The notes below the pieces were generated by a model. The model did not search any database. It was not told the DNA's origin and saw only the letters and a list, made by a program, of their open reading frames with translations. Both the position numbers and the translations under genes were made by a program. From the NCBI RefSeq assembly GCF_009914755.1, contig NC_060941.1: a stretch of 64,000 nt of DNA; one strand, written 5' to 3'. Positions 56,401 through 64,000 of this stretch are shown here, one piece after another (the stretch's first letter is position 1; every line of letters starts with the position of its first letter). This stretch comes from the human T2T-CHM13v2.0 reference genome, Homo sapiens.

Positions 56401-59400
56401 GATGTTTGCATTCAAATCCCCGAGTTGAACTTTCCTTTCAAAGTTCACGTTTGAAACACTCTTTTTGCAGGATCTACAAGTGGATATTTGGACCACTCTG
56501 TGTCCTTCGTTCGAAACGGGTATATCTTCACATGACATCTAGACAGAAGCATCCTAAGAAGCTTCTCTGTGATGACTGCATTCAACTCACGGAGTTGAAC
56601 ACTCCTTTTGAGAGCGCAGTTTTGAAACTCTCTTTCTGTGGCATCTGCAAGGGGACATGTAGACCTCTTTGAAGATTTCGTTGGAAACGGAATCATCTTC
56701 ACATAAAAACTACACAGATGCATTCTCAGGAACTTTTTGGTGATGTTTGTATTCAACTCCCAGAGTTGAACTTTCCTTTGGAAAGAGCAGCTATGAAACA
56801 CTGTTTTTCTAGAATCTGCAAGTGGACGTTTGGAGGGCTTTGTGGTTTGTGGTGGAAAAGGAAATATCTTCACCTAAATACTAGATAGAAGCATTCTCAG
56901 AAACTGCTTTGTGATGATTGCATTCACCTCACAGAGTTGAACATTCCTATTGATAGAGCAGTTTGGAAACACTCTTGTTGTGGAATGTGCAAGTGGAGAT
57001 TTGGAGCGCTTTGAGGCCTATGGTAGTAAAGGGAATAGCTTCATAGAAAAACTAGACAGAAGCATTCTCAGAAAATACTTTGTGATGATTGAGTTTAACT
57101 CACAGAGCTGAACATTCCTTTGGATGGTGCAGGTTTGAGACACACTTTTTGTAGAATCTACAAGTGGATATTTGGACCTCTCTGAGGATTTCGTTGGAAA
57201 CGGGATAACTGCACCTAACTAAACGGAAGCATTCTCAGAAACTTCTTGGTGATGTTTGCATTCAAATCCCAGAGTTGAACCTTCCTTTGATAGTTCAGGT
57301 TTGAAACACTCTTTTTGTAGGATCTGCAAGTGGATATTTGGACCACTCTGTGGCCTTCGTTCGAAACGGGTATATCTTCGCATAAAATCTAGACAGAAGC
57401 CTTCTCAGAAACTTCTCTGTGATGATTGCATTCAACTCACAGAGTTGAACCCTCCTATGGATAGAGCAGTGTTGAAACTCTCTTTTTGTGGAATCTGCAA
57501 GTGGATATGTGGACCTCTCCGAAGATGTCTTTGGAAACGGGAATATCTTCACATAAAAACTAAACAGAAGCATTCTCAGAAACTTCTCTGTGATGTTTGT
57601 GTTCAACTCCCAGAGTTTCACATTGCTTTTCATAGAGTAGTTCTGAAACATGCTTTTCGTAGTGTCTACAAGTGGACATTTGGAGCGCTTTCAGGCCTGT
57701 GGTGGAAAACGAATTATGGTCACATAAAAACTGGAGAGAAGCATTGTCAGAAACTTCTTTGTGATGATTGCATTCAACTCACAGAGTTGAAGGTTCCTTT
57801 TCAAAGAGCAGTTTCCAATCACTCTTTGTGTGGAATCTGCAAGTGGATATTTGGACCTATTTTGAAGATTTCGTTGGAAACGGGAGAATCTTCACAGGAA
57901 AGCTAAACAGAAGCATTCTCAGAAACTTCTTTGTGATGCTTGCATTCAACTCACAGAGTTGAACTTTCCTTTCGAGAGAGAAGCTTTGAAACACTCTTTT
58001 TCCAGAATCTGCAAGTGGACATTTGGAGGGCTTTGAGGCCTGTGGTGGAAAAGGAATTATCTTCCCGTAAAAGCTAGATAGAAGCATTCTCAGAAACTAC
58101 TTTGTGATGATTGCATTCAAGTCACAGAGTTGAACATTCCCTTTGACAGAGCAGTTTGGAAACTCTCTTTGTGTAGAATCTGCAAGTGGAGATATGGACC
58201 GCTTTGAGGCCTATGGTAGTAAAGGAAATAGCTTCATATAAAAGCTAGACAGTAGCATTCACAGAAAACTCTTGGTGACGACTGAGTTTAACTCACAGAG
58301 CTGAACATTCCTTTGGATGGAGCAGTTTCGAAACACACTATTTGTAGAATGTGCAAGTGGATATTTAGGCCTCTCTGAGGATTTCGTTGGAAACGGGATA
58401 AACCGCACAGAACTAAACAGAAGCATTCTCAGAACCTTCTTCGTGATGTTTGCATTCAACTCACAGTGTTGAACCTTTCTTTGATAGTTCAGGTTTGAAA
58501 CGGTCTTTCTGCAGAAACTGCAAGTAGATATTTGGACCGCTCTGAGGATTTCGTTGGAAACGGGATAACCCGCACAGAACTAAAACAGAAGCATTCTCAG
58601 AACCCTCTTCGTGATGTTTGCATTCAACTCACAGTGCTGAACCTTTCTTTGATAGTTCAGCTTTGAAACACTCTTTTTGTAGAAACTGCAAGTGGATATT
58701 TGGTCCTCTCTGAGGAATTCGTTGGAAACGGGATAAACTGCACAGAACTAAACAGAAGCATTCTCAGAACCTTCTTCGTGATGTCTGCATTCAACTCACA
58801 GTGTGGAACCTTTCTTTGATAGTTCAGGTTTGAAACACTCTTTTTGTAGAAACTGCAAGGGGATAATTGCACTCTTTGAGGAGTACCGTAGTAAAGGAAA
58901 TAACTTCCTATAAAAAGAAGACAGAAGCTTTCTCAGAAAATTCTTTGGGATGATTGAGTTGAACTCACAGAGCTGAGCATTCCTTGTGATGTAGCAGTTT
59001 AGAAACACACTTTCTGCAGAATCTGCAAGTGCATATTTGGACCTCTGTGAGGAATTCGTTGGAAACGGGATAATTTCAGCTGACTAAACAGAAGCAGTCT
59101 CAGAATCTTCTTTGTGATGTTTGCATTCAAATCCCCGAGTTGAACTTTCCTTTCAAAGTTCACGTTTGAAACACTCTTTTTGCAGGATCTACAAGTGGAT
59201 ATTTGGACCACTCTGTGTCCTTCGTTCGAAACGGGTATATCTTCACATGACATCTAGACAGAAGCATCCTCAGAAGCTTCTCTGTGATGACTGCATTCAA
59301 CTCACGGAGTTGAACACTCCTTTTGAGAGCGCAGTTTTGAAACTCTCTTTCTGTGGCATCTGCAAGGGGACATGTAGACCTCTTTGAAGATTTCGTTGGA

Positions 59401-62400
59401 AACGGAATCATCTTCACATAAAAACTACACAGATGCATTCTCAGGAACTTTTTGGTGATGTTTGTATTCAACTCCCAGAGTTGAACTTTCCTTTGGAAAG
59501 AGCAGCTATGAAACACTGTTTTTCTAGAATCTGCAAGTGGACGTTTGGAGGGCTTTGTGGTTTGTGGTGGAAAAGGAAATATCTTCACCTAAATACTAGA
59601 TAGAAGCATTCTCAGAAACTGCTTTGTGATGATTGCATTCACCTCACAGAGTTGAACATTCCTATTGATAGAGCAGTTTGGAAACACTCTTGTTGTGGAA
59701 TGTGCAAGTGGAGATTTGGAGCGCTTTGAGGCCTATGGTAGTAAAGGGAATAGCTTCATAGAAAAACTAGACAGAAGCATTCTCAGAAAATACTTTGTGA
59801 TGATTGAGTTTAACTCACAGAGCTGAACATTCCTTTGGATGGTGCAGGTTTGAGACACACTTTTTGTAGAATCTACAAGTGGATATTTGGACCTCTCTGA
59901 GGATTTCGTTGGAAACGGGATAACTGCACCTAACTAAACGGAAGCATTCTCAGAAACTTCTTGGTGATGTTTGCATTCAAATCCCAGAGTTGAACCTTCC
60001 TTTGATAGTTCAGGTTTGAAACACTCTTTTTGTAGGATCTGCAAGTGGATATTTGGACCACTCTGTGGCCTTCGTTCGAAACGGGTATATCTTCGCATAA
60101 AATCTAGACAGAAGCCTTCTCAGAAACTTCTCTGTGATGATTGCATTCAACTCACAGAGTTGAACCCTCCTATGGATAGAGCAGTGTTGAAACTCTCTTT
60201 TTGTGGAATCTGCAAGTGGATATGTGGACCTCTCCGAAGATGTCTTTGGAAACGGGAATATCTTCACATAAAAACTAAACAGAAGCATTCTCAGAAACTT
60301 CTCTGTGATGTTTGTGTTCAACTCCCAGAGTTTCACATTGCTTTTCATAGAGTAGTTCTGAAACATGCTTTTCGTAGTGTCTACAAGTGGACATTTGGAG
60401 CGCTTTCAGGCCTGTGGTGGAAAACGAATTATGGTCACATAAAAACTGGAGAGAAGCATTGTCAGAAACTTCTTTGTGATGATTGCATTCAACTCACAGA
60501 GTTGAAGGTTCCTTTTCAAAGAGCAGTTTCCAATCACTCTTTCTGTGGAATCTGCAAGTGGATATTTGGACCTATTTTGAAGATTTCGTTGGAAACGGGA
60601 GAATCTTCACAGGAAAGCTAAACAGAAGCATTCTCAGAAACTTCTTTGTGATGCTTGCATTCAACTCACAGAGTTGAACTTTCCTTTCGAGAGAGAAGCT
60701 TTGAAACACTCTTTTTCCAGAATCTGCAAGTGGACATTTGGAGGGCTTTGAGGCCTGTGGTGGAAAAGGAATTATCTTCCCGTAAAAGCTAGATAGAAGC
60801 ATTCTCAGAAACTACTTTGTGATGATTGCATTCAAGTCACAGAGTTGAACATTCCCTTTGACAGAGCAGTTTGGAAACTCTCTTTGTGTAGAATCTGCAA
60901 GTGGAGATATGGACCGCTTTGAGGCCTATGGTAGTAAAGGAAATAGCTTCATATAAAAGCTAGACAGTAGCATTCACAGAAAACTCTTGGTGACGACTGA
61001 GTTTAACTCACAGAGCTGAACATTCCTTTGGATGGAGCAGTTTCGAAACACACTATTTGTAGAATGTGCAAGTGGATATTTAGGCCTCTCTGAGGATTTC
61101 GTTGGAAACGGGATAAACCGCACAGAACTAAACAGAAGCATTCTCAGAACCTTCTTCGTGATGTTTGCATTCAACTCACAGTGTTGAACCTTTCTTTGAT
61201 AGTTCAGGTTTGAAACGGTCTTTCTGTAGAAACTGCAAGTAGATATTTGGACCTCTCTGAGGATTTCGTTGGAAACGGGATAACCCGCACAGAACTAAAA
61301 CAGAAGCATTCTCAGAACCCTCTTCGTGATGTTTGCATTCAACTCACAGTGCTGAACCTTTCTTTGATAGTTCAGCTTTGAAACACTCTTTTTGTAGAAA
61401 CTGCAAGTGGATATTTGGTCCTCTCTGAGCATTTCGTTGGAAACGGGATAAACTGCACAGAACTAAACAGAAGCATTCTCAGAACCTTCTTCGTGATGTC
61501 TGCATTCAACTCACAGTGTGGAACCTTTCTTTGATAGTTCAGGTTTGAAACACTCTTTTTGTAGAAACTGCAAGGGGATAATTGCACTCTTTGAGGAGTA
61601 CCGTAGTAAAGGAAATAACTTCCTATAAAAAGAAGACAGAAGCTTTCTCAGAAAATTCTTTGGGATGATTGAGTTGAACTCACAGAGCTGAGCATTCCTT
61701 GCGATGTAGCAGTTTAGAAACACACTTTCTGCAGAATCTGCAAGTGCATATTTGGACCTCTGTGAGGAATTCGTTGGAAACGGGATAATTTCAGCTGACT
61801 AAACAGAAGCAGTCTCAGAATCTTCTTTGTGATGTTTGCATTCAAATCCCCGAGTTGAACTTTCCTTTCAAAGTTCACGTTTGAAACACTCTTTTTGCAG
61901 GATCTACAAGTGGATATTTGGACCACTCTGTGTCCTTCGTTCGAAACGGGTATATCTTCACATGACATCTAGACAGAAGCATCCTCAGAAGCTTCTCTGT
62001 GATGACTGCATTCAACTCACGGAGTTGAACACTCCTTTTGAGAGCGCAGTTTTGAAACTCTCTTTCTGTGGCATCTGCAAGGGGACATGTAGACCTCTTT
62101 GAAGATTTCGTTGGAAACGGAATCATCTTCACATAAAAACTATACAGATGCATTCTCAGGAACTTTTTGGTGATGTTTGTATTCAACTCCCAGAGTTGAA
62201 CTTTCCTTTGGAAAGAGCAGCTATGAAACACTCTTTTTCTAGAATCTGCAAGTGGACGTTTGGAGGGCTTTGTGGTTTGTGGTGGAAAAGGAAATATCTT
62301 CACCTAAATACTAGATAGAAGCATTCTCAGAAACTGCTTTGTGATGATTGCATTCACCTCACAGAGTTGAACATTCCTATTGATAGAGCAGTTTGGAAAC

Positions 62401-64000
62401 ACTCTTGTTGTGGAATGTGCAAGTGGAGATTTGGAGCGCTTTGAGGCCTATGGTAGTAAAGGGAATAGCTTCATAGAAAAACTAGACAGAAGCATTCTCA
62501 GAAAATACTTTGTGATGATTGAGTTTAACTCACAGAGCTGAACATTCCTTTGGATGGAGCAGGTTTGAGACACACCTTTTGTAGAATCTACAAGTGGATA
62601 TTTGGACCTCTCTGAGGATTTCGTTGGAAACGGGATAACTGCACCTAACTAAACGGAAGCATTCTCAGAAACTTCTTGGTGATGTTTGCATTCAAATCCC
62701 AGAGTTGAACCTTCCTTTGATAGTTCAGGTTTGAAACACTCTTTTTGTAGGATCTGCAAGTGGATATTTGGACCACTCTGTGGCCTTCGTTCGAAACGGG
62801 TACATCTTCGCATAAAATCTAGACAGAAGCCTTCTCAGAAACTTCTCTGTGATGATTGCATTCAACTCACAGAGTTGAACCCTCCTATGGATAGAGCAGT
62901 GTTGAAACTCTCTTTTTGTGGAATCTGCAAGTGGATATGTGGACCTCTCCGAAGATGTCTTTGGAAACGGGAATATCTTCACATAAAAACTTAACAGAAG
63001 CATTCTCAGAAACTTCTCTGTGATGTTTGTGTTCAACTCCCAGAGTTTCACATTGCTTTTCATAGAATAGTTCTGTAACATGCTTTTCGTAGTGTCTACA
63101 AGTGGACATTTGGAGCGCTTTCAGGCCTGTGGTGGAAAACGAATTATGGTCACATAAAAACTGGAGAGAAGCATTGTCAGAAACTTCTTTGTGATGATTG
63201 CATTCAACTCACAGAGTTGAAGGTTCCTTTTCAAAGAGCAGTTTCCAATCACTCTTTCTGTGGAATCTGCAAGTGGATATTTGGACCTATTTTGAAGATT
63301 TCGTTGGAAACGGGAGAATCTTCACAGGAAAGCTAAACAGAAGCATTCTCAGAAACTTCTTTGTGATGCTTGCATTCAACTCACAGAGTTGAACTTTCCT
63401 TTCGAGAGAGAAGCTTTGAAACACTCTTTTTCCAGAATCTGCAAGTGGACATTTGGAGGGCTTTGAGGCCTGTGGTGGAAAAGGAATTATCTTCCCGTAA
63501 AAGCTAGATAGAAGCATTCTCAGAAACTACTTTGTGATGATTGCATTCAAGTCACAGAGTTGAACATTCCCTTTGACAGAGCAGTTTGGAAACTCTCTTT
63601 GTGTAGAATCTGCAAGTGGAGATATGGACCGCTTTGAGGCCTATGGTAGTAAAGGAAATAGCTTCATATAAAAGCTAGACAGTAGCATTCACAGAAAACT
63701 CTTGGTGACGACTGAGTTTAACTCACAGAGCTGAACATTCCTTTGGATGGAGCAGTTTCGAAACACACTATTTGTAGAATGTGCAAGTGGATATTTAGGC
63801 CTCTCTGAGGATTTCGTTGGAAACGGGATAAACCGCACAGAACTAAACAGAAGCATTCTCAGAACCTTCTTCGTGATGTTTGCATTCAACTCACAGTGTT
63901 GAACCTTTCTTTGATAGTTCAGGTTTGAAACGGTCTTTCTGTAGAAACTGCAAGTAGATATTTGGACCTCTCTGAGGATTTCGTTGGAAACGGGATAACC

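Larger units (their letters stand above)
1..64000 (+). repeat. D17Z1: Alpha-satellite HOR array, 2,715-bp 16-mer, most likely human chr17 centromeric D17Z1 (SF3)
   Basis: Alphoid motifs (cattctcagaaac, gcattcaactcacagagttgaac, tttcgttggaaacggga) recur every ~170 bp. Near-identical ORFs recur at an exact 2,715-bp period (408, 3123, 5838...), with one 2,548-bp step. There is one EcoRI site per canonical unit. A ~2.7-kb EcoRI 16-mer with this monomer order is the known D17Z1 structure. Chromosome assignment is from recall, not alignment. Confidence 0.95.

Noticed and set aside
1-64000. CRISPR-like reading of conserved motifs separated by variable sequence
   Set aside because: The intervening sequences are themselves homologous monomers that recur at 2,715 bp. 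There are no unique spacers and no cas genes.
1-64000. Transposon insertion, inversion, or 13-/14-mer deletion variants
   Set aside because: The period is exactly 2,715 bp everywhere except one 2,548-bp unit, and orientation is constant. That leaves no room for insertions or other length variants in this window.

Overview
The whole 64 kb window is one uninterrupted, single-orientation alpha-satellite higher-order repeat (HOR) array. The unit is a 2,715-bp 16-mer of ~167-172-bp monomers with one EcoRI site and CENP-B boxes. The unit size and the suprachromosomal family 3 (SF3) pentamer-derived monomer order match human chromosome 17 D17Z1. There are 23 full units plus a partial 24th. Counting from window position 1, units start at 1, 2716, 5431, 8146, 10861, 13576, 16291, 19006, 21721, 24436, 27151, 29866, 32414, 35129, 37844, 40559, 43274, 45989, 48704, 51419, 54134, 56849, 59564 and 62279. 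I found no genes, RNA genes, transposons, inversions or CRISPR arrays, and the ORF track simply reflects the repeat. I do not see a new protein-coding system. The informative signal is in copy-to-copy variation: a 167-bp deletion making one 15-mer, a short out-of-register gene-conversion tract, a 5,430-bp two-HOR super-period, two sub-domains with different variants, EcoRI gains and a loss, and CpG decay that seems to spare CENP-B box cores. Variants were read by eye with help from the ORF track, so some may be missed.
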